The notes beneath the pieces are model-generated. The model was given only the letters and a program-made list of their open reading frames with translations, did no database searches and was not told the DNA's origin. Shown one piece after another: positions 33,132 through 33,450 of a stretch of DNA of 33,450 bases. The stretch lies in IMG/VR virus record IMGVR_UViG_3300046747_000461, one strand, 5' to 3'. The position numbers were made by a program, and so were the translations under genes. Source of the stretch: a virus. Position 1 is the stretch's first letter. Each line of letters starts with the position of its first letter.

Positions 33132-33323
33132 GTTCACTCCCGAGGAGTTAGCTCGATATAACATCCATATACCGAGCCAATCTCTTTTAACATTGCTTCT
33201 CTCTAATTAGAACAGTTCTCAACCATTCACGATGTATTTTAAACAAAATTATAAAGAAGTAAACAATAGAAATAAGATGGAATACACAACTTGAACTATT
33301 GCCCCTATCCATCGCCTGTGCCT

Positions 33324-33450
33324 TTAGAACATGTTTTTAAAATTGCATTGCAATTGCAATTATTTCGTTTGCAATTGCAGAAATTGCACGATTTCTATGA
33401 AAACGTAGTATGAATCCTACGAAAATTGCATGAAAGTTGGAATATCGCTC
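33324..33450. repeat. Right copy of the exact 127-bp terminal direct repeat
   Basis: Identical to 1..127. The unique genome length is therefore 33,323 bp. Confidence 0.95.

Overview
The window is one complete genome of a tailed dsDNA phage. Its first 127 nt (1..127) are identical to its last 127 nt (33324..33450), so the unique sequence is 33,323 bp and is either circularly closed or terminally redundant. Most genes lie on the + strand in one long series. In order: an early/replication-regulation block (23761..27898), terminase small and large subunits and portal (27870..31969), then across the junction a scaffold, major capsid protein and a T7-like run of adaptor/nozzle-like and ejection-protein candidates (426..9633), a multi-gene tail-fibre locus (10712..17730), and RusA plus a lysis cassette (17899..19310). 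A minus-strand block (19323..23576) carries accessory (moron-like) genes, including an outer-membrane beta-barrel and a coiled-coil Ser/Pro-rich protein, a RecT/exonuclease pair and two small early genes. I saw no DNA polymerase, primase, helicase, RNA polymerase, intact integrase or obvious CI-type repressor. The most unusual feature is a family of six diverged small proteins plus a 44-aa membrane peptide. They share the N-terminal motif [ILV]DTLxxYxxxxxxG[YF][TS]ExQA, which from memory resembles DUF1640/CCDC90-like proteins, and most have one TM helix. They sit in three AT-rich antisense islands inside the late + strand operon, two of them directly abutting receptor-binding (tail-fibre) genes. 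The third is followed 9 nt later, on the same strand, by a tRNA-Asn(GUU) gene. Other notable items: a predicted ~110-nt minus-strand sRNA (TTGACA-17-CATAAT promoter plus intrinsic terminator) in a structured 310-bp gap upstream of a putative replication initiator; eight GATATC-core sites in 212 bp at the divergent early control region; a truncated P4-type integrase arm-domain ORF bracketed by perfect 25-bp direct repeats; and TTGCAATTGCA palindromes in the large non-coding region that splits portal from scaffold. All functional calls rest on motifs recognised by eye, synteny and memory of protein families. No database search was possible.
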